Part shown: in pieces, positions 13,183 through 25,957 of the stretch
Layout of the letters: the number at the start of each line of letters is the position of its first letter
How positions within the stretch are numbered: position 1 is the first letter of the stretch
The notes under the pieces: generated by a model
What the model was told of the DNA's origin: nothing
Databases searched by the model: none
The model's input: the letters and a program-made list of their open reading frames with translations, nothing else
NCBI RefSeq assembly: GCF_006345805.1
Contig: NC_043007.1
Coordinates: 744,001-808,000, forward strand
DNA from: Octopus sinensis
Taxonomy: Eukaryota
DNA length: 64,000 nucleotides
Direction: 5' to 3'
Position numbers and translations under genes: made by a program

Positions 13183-13673
13183 TCATCATCATCATCATCG
13201 TCGTTTAACGTCCGTTCTCCATGCTAGCATGGGTTGGACGGTTCGACCGGGGATCTGGGAAGCCAGAAGGCTGCACCAGGCTCCAGTCTTATCTGGCAGT
13301 GTTTCTACAGCTGGATGCCCTTCCTAACGCCAACCACTCCGTGAGTGTAGTGGGTGCTTTTTACGTGCCACCTGCACAGGTGCAAGGCGAGGCTGGCAAC
13401 GGCCACGGTCGGATTGGTGTATTTTATGTGCCACCGGCACGGAAGCCAGACGAGGCGGTGCTGGCATCGGCTACGAGTCGGATGGTGCTTTTTACGTACC
13501 ACCAGACCAGGGATCCTGGCTGGTTCAATTCGATTTCAATTTCGCTTGCCCCAACATGTCTTCGCAAGCAAGGGGTTTGGCATGGGTGCCTGTCGTACGG
13601 TCAGATTGGTGTATTTTACGTGCCACCGGCACAGAAGCCAGTGGGGGCGGCGCTGGCATCGGCCACGAGTCGG
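13183..13673 (-). mobile_element. RTE LINE 3' UTR fragment with (GAT)n tail
   Basis: (CAT)n-CGTTTAACGTCCG...CATGCTAGCATGGG plus several hairpin units. Confidence 0.9.
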
Positions 13674-13999
13674 TGATAATAATAATAATAATAAGAAGAA
13701 GAGAAGAAGAAGAAGAAGAAGAAGAAGAAAAGAGAAGAAGGAAGAAGAAGAAGAAGAAGAAGAAGAGAAGAAGAAGAAGAAGAAGAAGAAGAAGAAGAAG
13801 AAGAAGAAGAAGAAGAAGAAGAAGAAGAAGGATCCCTTCTACTAAGGCATAGGTTCTTAAAGTGGGTGCTACCGCCCACCCAGTAGGCGTTGAGAGGGTC
13901 CAGATGGGCGCTGGTGTCTAGTGAGGGAGTGCGGTAAAGAAAAAGGAGGTGTTGAAAGGAAGGCAGTGGATTGTAACCAATAATAAGAAACTATATGAT

Positions 14000-14960
14000 A
14001 GGCGCAAGCATGGCTGTGTGGTAAGAAGCTTGCTTCCCAACCACATGGTTCTGGGTTCAATTGCCACTAGTATTGCTTCAAGCCAACCAAAGTCTTGTGT
14101 ATGAATTTGGCTGAGAGAAACTGAAAAAAACTCGTCATGATGCAGGAGTGACTGTGTGGTAAGTAGCTTGCTTACCAACCACATGGTTCCAGGTTCAGTC
14201 TCACTGCATGGCACCTTGGGCAAGTGTCTTCAACTATAGCCTCGGGCTGACCAAAGCCTTGTTGGTGGATTTGGTAGATGGAAACTGAAAGAAGCCCATC
14301 GTATGTATATATATATATATATATATATATACATGCATGTGTGTGTATATGTTTGTCCCCCCAACATCACTTGACAACTGATGGTGGTGTGTTTACGTCC
14401 CCGTAGCCTAGCGGTTTGGCAAAAGAGATCGATAGAATAAGTACTAGGCTTACAAAGAATAAGTCCTGGGGTCGATTTGCTCGATCGACTAAAGGAAGTG
14501 CTCCAGCATGGCCACAGTCAAATGAATGAAACAAGTAAAAGAGTAAAAGAGTAGAGAGTGTGAGCGGAGGGGGGGTTGTCCTTCCCAACTGCTTGACTAC
14601 TAGTGTTGGTTTGTTTACATCCCTGTAACTTAGTGGTTTGGCAAAAGAGACTGGTAGAATAATTACTAGGCTTAAAAATAAGCCCTGGTGGGGGGGGGGT
14701 CAGTTTCATTGACTAAAGGCTTTCAAGGCAGTGCCCCAGAATGGCCACAGTCGCAGGACTGAAACAAGTAAAAGATAACGGATAATGTAGATGCAATTTT
14801 GGTTGTGTGGCTATGAATTTTGCTTCCCAACGGCCTGGTTTCAGGTTCGGTCCCACAGCATGGCACCTTGGACAAGCTCGCTTCTGCTATAGCCCTGGGC
14901 TGATCAAGGCCTTGTAGGGGCATTTGACAGAGGGAAACTGAAAGAAACCAGTTGTATATT
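14000..14960 (+). mobile_element. Cluster of SINE family A copies (full copy 14141-14553 plus partial copies)
   Basis: Repeated family A heads at ~14000, 14141 and 14800, and tails at ~14550 and 14775. Confidence 0.85.
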
Positions 14961-15399
14961 GATGTGTGTATGTGCGTGTGTGTGTGCGTGTGTGTGAGTG
15001 TGTGTGTGTGTGTGTGTGTGCGCTTGTGTGTGTGTGTGTTTGTGTGTCATGTGGGAGTGTGTGTGTGTGTAAGTGTATATGTCGGGGTGTCTGTGTGTGT
15101 ATATATATATATGTGTGCGTGTGTGAGTGTGCATTTGTGTGTCTGTGTGTGTGTGTCTGTGTGTGAGTGTTTGTGTGTGCATGATGGGTTGTGTCTTCTT
15201 GTCTTGATAATGTGTGATACTCGTAAACGAACATCACCCTCATACATGTGGTGTATCCTGTTTCCAGTCCCCCATGAAAATATGTCCGGTCATGGGGTGG
15301 GGACGGGGAAATATTAGCTTGCTTCCTTCCAAACGAGTGAGGGTTGGTTATGTTGATGAGTTAGGAAAGTGGAGTAGGTCACCAATGGATCTAGCTTTG

Positions 15400-16130
15400 T
15401 GAAGGCCAAGGAGATGATGGGTGAAGAGTGGGGGGTAAGAGGAGGACAGGAAGGGAGAGAAGAAGAGGAGGAGGAGCATGAGGAAGAGACGGTGGAGGAG
15501 GAGGAGGAGGAGGACAAGAATGAAGGGGAGGAGACGTTGGTGGAGGTGGAGAAGGAAGTGGAGAAGGGGGAGTGTCCTAGTGGAAGAAGAAGAAAACCTA
15601 GGAAGAAGAGGTGTGAGAAGAGGAAGGTGAGGCGGTTGAGGAAGAGAAAGTGAGAGGAAAGAGAGGAGGAAGGGGATGACAAGAATGAGTAGGAGGATGA
15701 GAAGAGGAAAAGAAGGAGGAGAACAAGAACGAAGTAGAGGAGACCTAAGTGGAAGGAGGAGATGGAAAAAGAAAAGGAGGAGAGTCCAAGAAGGAGGAGG
15801 TGGCGGAGGGGGGGAGGGGAAGATCTGTGAGAAGAGTGAGTTGAGGGGGGAGAGGAGCTGTAAGAAGGGGAGAAGCGGCGGAGAAGGAGTAGGAGGAAGA
15901 GGTAGATGGGGGAGGAGCGGGAGGAGGGGGAAGAAGCTGAGGAGGAAGAGGAGGAAGAGGAGGAAGGGGTAGAAGCTGAGGAGGAAGAGGTAGAAGCTGA
16001 GGAGGAAGAGGAGGAAGGGCATGAGGAAGAGAAAAGGGGAGGCGAAAGGGGAGGAGAAATAGGTGGTAGTGGTGGTGGTGGTGGTAGTGGAACAACAACA
16101 ACAACAAACACAAGCAAGAAAGTAGATTCT
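15400..16130. repeat. Polypurine low-complexity tract (GGA/GAA-rich)
   Basis: Direct inspection; source of the spurious Glu/Arg/Leu/Ser-rich ORFs. Confidence 0.9.
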
Positions 16131-16661
16131 AGGTAAAAAGAGTAACAAAAGAAGATAACAAATGAACAAGACAAAACAACACACACACACACCCACACAC
16201 AGGGAGGAGTAAAAAGCAATAAAGAAAGGCAACCAAGATATTTTAGAAACTACAAACAGATGTCGCATGAAGAGAGCACGGAACTAATGCAATAATTATC
16301 GTAAGATGTTGCTTGATTTCGTAGAGAAGAACTTTACACAGAAAGTCTCCATTCAATCTTCTTTCTCGTACACCAAAGTTTGCAGTTTGCCTGTGGAGGT
16401 GAAATTATAAATTGGCTCCAGAGATCAACCCCAAATTATATCCTAATTAGTTTGTTTTGAGTTCAGTGACAGAAGCCGATCGCATGATTGATTTGTGAAG
16501 GAGAAACTTAGATATTGAAGTTGTCATTATATGGCTTGAAAAGAACCAATCAAAAGACGGCATTGGAGTTTCATCTTCGGGCTGACGACTCGCTTTTATA
16601 ACAATGTATCCATCAAATTTCATAACAGTAATTGGTAGTCACACACAAACACACCTGTATG

Positions 16662-16695
<34 letters not shown>

Positions 16696-16902
16696 TGTAT
16701 GTATGTATATATGTGTATATATATTTATATTTATATATATGTATGTTATTTATATATTAATATATCTCAAGATTAATCAGCCGAAATTGCGAAGATGATC
16801 CGGTTCTTGACTGAAGATTGAAGGCTTCGAATGTCCCGTCCGTGTTTTTGTATCGTCTTCTAAATGTTTTACGTTCTTGTCCCAGTTTGTATTTTTTACA
16901 TT

Positions 16903-16979
<77 letters not shown>

Positions 16980-17006
16980 CATATATATATATATATATAT
17001 ATATAT

Positions 17007-19323
17007 CCCACAACATAGACTGGTAGTTAGTGACTTTAGGATCAGGACTAGGAGGACAACCAGAAGACGACAAATATGAGAAGAAGGATCTGGAAGCTTA
17101 AAGATCCTGCAAATGGACAGAGATTTAGGGACATATTACTTGAAGCCTCTGACGAAGTAGAAGGGGATAGAGCATCACAGGGGGTAGAAGACAGCTGGAC
17201 GTTTCTAAGGGACAACCTGCTGAGAGCCACTGACCAGATCTGGGGCTGGTGCAAAGTCCCCTCTCGACCTAGAATAACGTTGGTGGTGGAACAATATTGT
17301 AGACAGGGCTATTAGAGAAAAGAGACAGGCTTGGAAGGTCTGGAAAAATGGGGGTAGCAGGGAATTGTATCAGACTGCCAAAAGAGAAGCTAGAAGACAG
17401 GTTTATTTAGCCAGAGGGGAAGCAGATAAGAAAAATTTGCCAATGTTCTGCGCCGTGAGGACCAAAGACTGGAGGTGTTTCGTGTTGCAAGACAGTGTGT
17501 GAGAGAGAATCGTGATGTGGTAGGAGAGAAGTGTGTTCGCATGGAAGATGGTTCACTTGCGCTAAATGAGGATGCGAAGAGAGAGGTTTGGAGATGCCAC
17601 TATGAAAGGCTGCTGAATGAAGAAAATGAATGGGATAAAGAGAGTCTGCCGAATGTTGACCCAACAGAGGGACCAGCTATCCGAGTTGATAGTTCTGTGG
17701 TAGCTAAGGTAATTAGAAGCATGAAGACAGGGAAAGCCCCAGGCCCATCAGGAATCACTGCAGAGATGCTCAAAATGTCTGGTAGTGTCGGCTATAGCCT
17801 AGTCACCCATATAGTTAATCAGGTGATACACAAAGGGGTCATACCCAATGACTGGTTGTAGCAGTAATAGTCAACTGCTACAAAGGTAAAGGTGATGCCC
17901 TAGATACAAATAACTACAGAGGTATCAAGCTGTTGGACCAGGTGATGAAGGTTACGGAGAGGGTCATAGCCAACTAATTAGAGAGAGAGTTAGTTTAGAT
18001 GAGATGCAGTTTGGGTTTGTGCCAGGGAAAAGTACTACTGATGCTATATTCCTGGTAAGGCAGCTGCAGGAGAAATACCTAGCCAAAGATAAGCCCCTGT
18101 ACCTGGCTTTTGTTGACATGGAGAAAGCCTTCGACAGGGTCCCCCGATCCCTTATCTGGTGGGCAATGAGAAAACTAGGGATAGATGAATGGTTAGTGAG
18201 AGCTGTGCGGGCCATGTATAGGGACGCCACTAGTAGGGTGAGGGTTGGAAATGAGTACAGTGAAGAATTCCGGGTAGAGGTAGGGGTCCACCAAGGCTCA
18301 GTACCCAGCCCCCTCCTATTTATCATAGTCCTCCAGGCAATAACGGAGGAATTCAAGACAGGATGCCCTTGGGAGCTCCTCTATGCTGATGACCTTGCTC
18401 TAATTGCTGAGTCGCTATCAGAACTGGAGGAGAAGTTTCAGGTGTGGAAACAAGGATTAGAATCGAAGGGCCTCAGAGTCAATCTAGCTAAAACCAAAGT
18501 CGTAATCAGTAGGAAGGTAGACAAATCACAAACACCTTCAGGTAGATGCCCTGCTCGATCTGTAGAAAAGGTGTAGGTAGAAACTCTATAAGATGCACCA
18601 AGTGTAAGCTATGGACACATAAGAGATGCAGCAATGTCAAAGGAAGGCTAACTAGGAAGATGGTTTTTGTATGTGGCAGATGCTCAGGAACAATAAACAC
18701 TTCCGTCACTTTCCAGGGAGAAAAACTAGAAATAGTTGATAGTTTCCGTTACCTAGGTGACCAAGTCAGCAGCGGGGGCGGGTGTGCTGAAAGTGTAACT
18801 GCTAGAGTAAGAATAGCTTGGGCAAAGTTCAGAGAGCTCTTACCTCTGCTGGTGACAAAAGGCCTCTCGCACAGAGTGAAAGGCAGACTGTATGATGCGT
18901 GTGTACGAACAGCCATGCTACATGGCAGTGAAACATGGGCCGTGACTGCTGAGGATATGCGTAAGCTCGCTAGAAATGAAGCCAGTATGCTCCGATGGAT
19001 GTGTAATGCCGGTACTCACACTCGGCAGAGTGTAAGTACCTTGAGAGAAAAGCTGGACCTAAGAAGCATCAGTTGTGGTGTGCAAGAGAGACGTTTGCGC
19101 TGGTATGGTCATGTGGCGAGAATGGATGAAGATTGTTGTGTGAAAAAGTGTCACACCCTAGCGGTTGAGGGAACCTGTGGAAGGGCAGACCAGGAAAGGA
19201 AGAGGCGACCCGGGACGAGGTGGTGAAGCACGACCTTCGAACTTTAGGTCTCACTGAGGAAATGACTAGAGACCGAGACCTCTGGAAGTTGCTGTGCGCG
19301 AGAAGACCCGGCAGGACAAGTGA
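17007..19323 (+). pseudogene. Frameshifted RTE ORF: reverse transcriptase with inserted PHD-type finger
   Basis: KAPGPSGI, NYRGIKLL, QFGFVPGKSTTDAIF, FVDMEKAFDRV, GVHQGSVPSPLLF, LLYADDLAL and FRYLG. About six frameshifts (near 17075, 17280, 17450, 17860, 18548, 19200-19290). Confidence 0.92.
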
Positions 19324-19931
19324 GTCACAACCCGTGGCCTTCTACATGGGATGGAGCCAGCCTACGTATGCATACCTTCCCTTCTTGGGACACAAAACTC
19401 TACTTGTGTGAAGACGTGTTGAGGCAAGTGAGGATCAGAATCGAAATCGATCAATGGAAATTGCGGATGTGCTACCAGTGCCGGTGGCATGTCGAAACTC
19501 TGCTTGTGAAGACCCATTGAGGCAAGTGAGGATCAGAATCGAAATCGATCAATGGAAATCGATCAATGGAAATTGCAGATGTGTTACCAGTGCGGTGGCA
19601 TGTAAGAGAACTTTCCGTTTCGCGACCGTTGCCAGCACCGCCCCGTTTCGTGTCCGTTGCCAGCCTCGCCTGGCCCTCGTGCCGGTGGCACATAAAAAGC
19701 ACCATCCGTTCGTGGCCGTTTGCCAGCTCTGTCTGGCACCAGTGCGGGTGGCACGTAAAAAGCACCCACTACACTCACGGAGTGGTTGGCGTTAGGAAGG
19801 GCATCCAGCCGTAGAAACACTGCCAGATTTGACTGGGCCTGATGAAGCCTTCTGGCTTCACAGACCCCAGTAGAACCGTCCAACCCATGCTAGCATGGAA
19901 AACGGACGCTAAATGATGATGATGATGATGA

Positions 19932-19935
<4 letters not shown>
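17007..19935 (+). mobile_element. 5'-truncated RTE-clade LINE inserted in a (TA)n tract
   Basis: End of the APE domain (PQHRLVVSDF), RT motifs, post-RT 'MLHGSETW...RLRWYGHVARM', ~600-nt structured 3' UTR and (GAT)n tail; (TA)n on both flanks. Confidence 0.95.
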
Positions 19936-19969
<34 letters not shown>

Positions 19970-19987
19970 ATGATAATATACATAATG

Positions 19988-20205
19988 TCATCATCATCAT
20001 CATCGTTTAACGTCTGCTTTCCATGCTAGCATGGGTTGGACGATTTGACTGCAGACTGGCAAACCAGATGGCTGCGCCAGGCTCCAATCTGATCTGGCAG
20101 AGTTTCTACACCTGGATGCCCTTCCTAACGCCAACCACTCTGAGAGTGTAGTGGGTGCTTTTTACGTGCCACCAGCACAAGGGCCAGTCTAGCGGTACTG
20201 GCATC
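19988..20205 (-). mobile_element. RTE LINE 3' end, tail-to-tail with the main copy
   Basis: (CAT)n-CGTTTAACGTC...CATGCTAGCATGGGTTGGAC. Confidence 0.88.
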
Positions 20206-20652
20206 CGTGCTAGTGGATGATGATGATGATAGTAATGACTGTGATTTCTATGACACAGAGCTTGATGCCATTGCATTTACATAAATCGACAATTAAACAG
20301 AGCTACAGGAATATTTCACTTTTGCTTTCGCTTAATGTACGATTTCTGCTTTAACATTCAAATAAAATAAATTGCAATTCTTTAAACAAAATTGCAATTC
20401 TTTCTTCGGTTTTTATAATGAATACGGTTAATTTATACATTGCAAAGAACAAGCTTTACAATTCTTAAATACGTCTACAGAATCTTTCAAAGAAAAAGTT
20501 TCATAATTCAAAATATTGTTCACTTGGTGATTTACATTTTGGTTTATGCAAATAGAAAGGTTATTCTTGGTGTAAAATCTATATTTCAACAACTCATATA
20601 TATATATGTGTGTGTGTGTATATATATATATGTATATATATATATATTATAT

Positions 20653-20704
<52 letters not shown>

Positions 20705-22619
20705 ATAGAGGGCATTACTACACATAAATGCCTCACACTAAGAGGGACAAAGTCATTACTACCAAAATTATACTAAATAATATATATATATTCTTTTACT
20801 TCTATTCTTTTACTTGTTTCAGTCATTTGACTGCGGCTATGCTGGAGCACTGCCTTTATAGCCGATTGTGTGTGTGCGTGTGTGCACATGCAAGTATGTG
20901 TGTGTGTGGGTGGGTGGGTGTCTGTGTGTCTATGTGAGTGGATGTGTGTTTGTATGTGTGTGGGTGTGAGTGTGCACATGCAGGTATGTGTGTGTGAGTG
21001 GGTGTGTGTGTGTGTCCATGCATGTGTGTGTGTTTGTGTGTGTGTGTGCGTGTGCGAGCATCTGCACATAATGACACTTATCAATGTCTATTCGTTTCTG
21101 CTGGTCAATTATTTCCACCCTTTTTCCAATTCTAGAATGTTCTTGAAACTCTCAAATCTTTAAGCACGTCTTTTGCTTCCCAAGATGCTTCATTCTCTTT
21201 CTACCTCAACCCATCTTTCATCTTCAGCATCCTCCTCCTCATTCCCCTCACACTCCACCCACACCACCTTTCTCTAACCATCTCTCATTAACCCCCCACC
21301 CCCACCCCACGCATCGTATTCCTTCCTTCCAAAAATTAAGAATTCTTTGAGTGTCTTTTACTCAAATACCTTTAAATAGCTTTTTTGAGTGCCATTAGCC
21401 TTTGTTTCTCAGACTTCTTTTGCTTAATATGCATCCTCTTCTGTCTCATTATACTCTTCCTCTTCTCACTTGAAGGCACCCCCTTCTCCCTTTCTGCCTG
21501 TCTTTGAGGGATTGGTCCTTTCTGTCTCTCCACTCCAGTTCCTGTTTTGACCATGTTGAGTTTGTTTTACTCCTCTTTACTGAACCCCACCCCCATCCCA
21601 CCCTCTCACGAACCTCTCTCTCCCTCTTTCTTTCTCTCTTTCCCCCAGCTCTCTCTCTCTCTCTATCTCTCTCTTTCACTATCTCTCAACTTTTCTTTCC
21701 CATCATTCTCTCACATCACTTCCTTTTTTTCAGTTTCTTCCTAATTCTTACTCACACCCACTCTTTCTCTCTCTATCTCTCTCTCTCTATCTCTCTCTCT
21801 TTCTCTCTCCCTGTATATATATATAAAACATGTGTGTGTATTCATGTATGTGTGCATGTGTGTATGTTTGTATGTATGAATGTATGAATGTATAAATGTA
21901 TATATGTATGTATGAATGCATGTGTGCATGAATGTATGAATGTATATATGTATATATGTATGAATGTATGTATGTGTGTATGTATGTATGTATGTGTGTA
22001 AGTATGTGTGTGTGTATGTATGTATATATGTATGCATGTATGCCCTGAAATATTAAATTCTACACTCCTTTCAGCTCTTCTTTATATTTTTTCTTTTTTG
22101 TTCAAATTACCCTGTTTACAATAGATTTCAATCCTTCTTCACTTCTCAGTTGAGTGGTTAGCTGCAGAAATTGCAACTTTTCTGCCAACAGACCCATATC
22201 GAAAATATTAAATCTTGCTCTCTGCACAACAACCAAAGTTATTGAAAACTATAAACTCCCCCATGACTTTATAATAAGTAATGCCTTTCAAAGAATTTTA
22301 TTTTTGACATTTTTTAACATGTGGTTTCCCTAGATATGGTAGTTTTGTCAAGGGAGATAATCAATTCTTTATAGAATTGGGTGGGATTAGAAATTTGAAT
22401 TTATTCAAGAGAAACCAATGTTAATTCATGCTCAAGTCAGGCTTTGAAACTGAACAGTCGTTTGCAATATATATTCTACGTAATATTCTAAGATTTAAAA
22501 AATATAAACTACAATAAAAGAGCATTGTAAGACTTTTGGATGTGCTGCTTTGCAGTATTCGTTTCAACTCTTTGCCTTCAGAGTTCAAATCCTGCCATGG
22601 CCCATTTGTGCAGTAAAAT

Positions 22620-22945
22620 GAATCCATTGTTCAGTTTATCAAGGACTCTGGTCGGGTGTCCAGTTTAAGGTGTAATTCAGAAGGCACAAAGAAATCTTCA
22701 GGGATTGCAAATCGCAAACAGACGGGGAAAAAGTAAGACTATTATTATGTAAATTATCTCTGTCAGAACATAAAAAATATTGTAAGTTTATACTAATCCA
22801 AAAAGCTAGTGAAATAGGTTTCCAGAAAACAGTTGAAATACTATCAAAAATGTTCAGTGATAAGAGTTCCCTATTTAACACTCGATGGGAGTGTTGGAAT
22901 CTAGTTAAAAAAGAGGATAAAGACTTTGTTACATATGCTGGGAGG
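22620..22945 (+). mobile_element. Ty3/Gypsy LTR retrotransposon gag-region fragment
   Basis: Open from 22721: DGEKVRLLLCKLSLSEHKKYCKFIL...FQKTVEILSKMFSDKSSLFNTRWECWNLVKKEDKDFVTYAG, matching from memory the 'KVRLLL..L...EH..Y..FILP...SLFNxR..C..L.K...DF.TYA' N-terminus of K02A2.6-like Gypsy polyproteins. Confidence 0.7.
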
Positions 22946-23210
22946 ACAAGCATACAAATCAAATACACACACACACACATACACACTTACACAAACATGC
23001 ACAGACACACTATTACACACAGAGAAATATGAAAGGCTTCCACACAGTTTCCATCTACCAAATACATTCACAAGGCATTGGTAAGCTAAGAGCCATAGTA
23101 GAAGATACTTGGTTAAGGTCCTGCTCAGTGGGACTGAACCTGAATCCTCGCGGTTGCAAAGGAAGCTTCTTAACCACATAGCCATGCTTGCACCTATGTC
23201 AACAAACTAA

Positions 23211-23580
23211 ACAAGAGCACTCAGACAGTGCAAGCCTCCGCCAAGGCAATACCAATGTCCTCTCCACGATTAGCTGGAGATGATTTTTTAAATGAGAATA
23301 TCTGAAATCAACTCGATCGCTCTCACAAACAAGAATACTAAAAATGAACCTGACCGCTCTCAAAAAAAAAAAACACACAGGAAAAATAATCCAGAATCCT
23401 TGTCTGGTACCGGATTGATCCCAGAATCTAATTGGTTTGCGCCAGTCACATGGCCAAACGTTCCAGAAAGTTTCATCTGAATCCATCTTGCAGTTCTTGA
23501 GATATCTTGTCCATGGACAAACAAACAAACAAACAAACACAACTGAAAACAACACCTCTGCCTTCGCTAAAGCAGAGTAA
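23211..23580. mobile_element. Helentron/DINE-like non-autonomous element
   Basis: Starts ACAAGAGCACTCAG..CCTCCGCCAAGGC, has an internal (ACAA)n and a terminal hairpin CTCTGCCTTCGCTAAAGCAGAG (23556-23577). Opposite-strand homologues at 34848-35030 and 35281-35398. Confidence 0.65.
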
Positions 23581-24064
23581 ATAATACAATAATAAACTTG
23601 CAACAGTCATTACTTTCCAATTTTTAAGTGGTTACAAAATATACCCTGTTTAAAAGTCATTATTTTTCTTGTATAAGAGGTTACAAAATGTACCGACCTC
23701 GCACAACCTGGTCTATAAGTCATTGCAGTCACTTACTAAGTGCTTAGAAAATATACCTACTACATACAACCTAGTTTTATAAGTAAGCCAAATCAATTTA
23801 AGTAAACATTTTAGCTTCTAACAATAACAAAAAACAAAAATGAAAGCAAGAAAGAAGGAGAAAAACTAGGTTATCAGCTTAGAAATCAATGCATTTATTT
23901 CTTAAGGAAATAATCCCATAGCCATGGTTGTGTGGTTCAGAAGGTTTGCTTCTTAATCACAGAGTTACAGTTGGGTCCTCCCACTGCGTGGTACTTTGGG
24001 TGAGCGTGACATTTATTGTCACCCTGAAAAGATCGAAGCCTTGTGAGTGAATTAGATGCACAGA

Positions 24065-24250
24065 CGGTATTTCATCTGTCTTTACATTCTGAGTTCAAAT
24101 TCTGCTGAGGTCAACTTTGCCTTTCATCCTTTTGGGGTTGATAAATTAAGTACCAGTTATGCACTGGGGTCGATGTAATTGACTTAATCCCTTTGCCTGT
24201 CCTTGTTTGTCCTCTCTATGTTTAGCCCCTTGTGGGCAATAAAGAAATTA
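24065..24250 (+). mobile_element. tRNA-derived SINE family B (Meta-domain-like), nested in a family A copy
   Basis: GAGTTCAAATTC B box; CTTTGCCTTTCATCCTTTYGGGGTYGATAAATTAAGTACCAG core; TAAAGAAAT tail. Confidence 0.85.
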
Positions 24251-24317
24251 GAAACTGAAAGAAGCCCATCGTATACACACACACAGACACACACACACAG
24301 ACACACACACACACACA

Positions 24318-24361
<44 letters not shown>

Positions 24362-24785
24362 GCGCATAGGCATAGCTGTGTGGTAAGAAGCTTGTTTCCC
24401 AACCACAGTGGAACTAGGTTCAATCCCACTGCATAGCACCTCGGACAAGTGTCTTCTACTACAACCTCTGGCTGACCAAAGCCTTGTGAGGGGATTAGGC
24501 AGACGGAAACTGAAAGAAGTCCATCGTGTGTGTGTGTGTAAATATGTGTGTGTGTGTGTGTAAATATGTGTGTGTGTGTGTGTGTTTGTCATCCCCCCCA
24601 CCATCGCTTGGCAACTGATGTTGGCTTGTTTGTGTTCCTAAAACTTAGCAGTTCAGTGAAAGAGACCAATAGAATAAGTACTAGGCTTACAATGAATAAG
24701 TTCTGGGGTCGATGCGTTCGACTAAAGGCGGTGCTCCAGCAAGGCTGCAGTCAAACAACTGAAACGTACAAAAGAGAACAAAAGA
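24362..24785 (+). mobile_element. Full-length diverged SINE family A
   Basis: Head, central TG tract and tail are collinear with 52003-52412. Confidence 0.85.
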
Positions 24786-25145
24786 TATGTATATATATAT
24801 ATACACGCACATGTATGTATACATTTGTATATGTGTATATATATATATATACACATGTATGTATATGTATGTATGTGTGTCAATGTGTTTGTGTTTGTTG
24901 TGGTAGTTGTAAATAAGTGTTGCCGTCATTGTAATAGGTGTATTCAATTTGCAGCCTTTGATGTAAACATGTCAATCCATGGGGAAAATATTACTTTGTT
25001 AATCCCATGACCCAAATTCCTGACCTTCAGCCAATATTAAAACCAATTTCACACATCAAATAGATTTACCAACACCATATTTCTAACGCATCAGAGACAA
25101 TTATTCATCAACAATGACATTCATCGTAGTCATCATCATCATTTA

Positions 25146-25408
25146 ACGGAGCATACTACCTTCGTTTCTCTCCAGTCTACGCATGTCTTCTGCATTCAGA
25201 GCCCATGTCTCACTACCATGGAGTATAGCTGTTCTCACACAAGCATCGTACAGTCTACCTTTCACTCAGAGAGAGGGAATCCTTTTGTTGCCAACAGAGG
25301 TAGCAGCTCTCTGAACTTCCTCCACTCAATTCTTATTCTAGAAACAATACTTTCAGAGCATTCTCACCATTGCTAATTTGGTCACCTAGGTAATAGAAAC
25401 TATCTACT
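25146..25408 (-). mobile_element. Internal fragment of a related RTE ORF
   Basis: Minus strand reads VDSFYYLGDQIS...WRKFRELLPLLATKG...KGRLYDACVRTAILHGSETWALNAEDMRRLERNE, homologous to 18735-18990. Confidence 0.85.
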
Positions 25409-25630
25409 GGCACAATCGTTAGCACGCCGGATGAAATGCTTAGCAGTATTTCGTCTGCCATTACGTTCTGAGTTCAAATTCTGCCGAGGTCGACTTTGCC
25501 TTTCACCTTTTCAGGGTTGATTAAATAAGTACCAGTTATGCACTGGAGTTGATATAATCGACTTAATCCCTTTATCTGTCCTTGTTTGTTCCCTCTGTGT
25601 GTTGCCCCTTGTGTGTAGTAAAGAAATAAG
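25408..25630 (+). mobile_element. SINE family B
   Basis: TGGCACAATCGTTAGCACGCCGG head, B box, core and AAAGAAATAAG tail. Confidence 0.9.
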
Positions 25631-25957
25631 AAACTGGGGTTGATGAAGTCATAGAAATTCTTCAACAACCACTTCTGACTCTTTCCAGAGATATGGCAAG
25701 GAATTGAATCCAACTACAACACATATGGCCTTCCAGCAGCAACCCTCTCCAGCCAAGGGTTGACCACAGTCTCCAGCAGTTTCACTGACTGTCTGAATGG
25801 AACCTAAGGCCTACTCATCAGTTGTTGGATAAATCTCATCAAAAGGACACAATTATAACACCTGTTGAGTCCTTTCCTGTTGGCCACGGCTTTGTAATCT
25901 CTGTTGCAGCTCTCCATGTCACATCATTCAACCTTTATAGTGTTCACAGAGTATTAA

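Noticed and set aside
15314-16268. 300-aa Leu/Ser/Pro-rich and Glu/Arg-rich ORFs
   Set aside because: Translations of a polypurine low-complexity tract with no domain or splice support.
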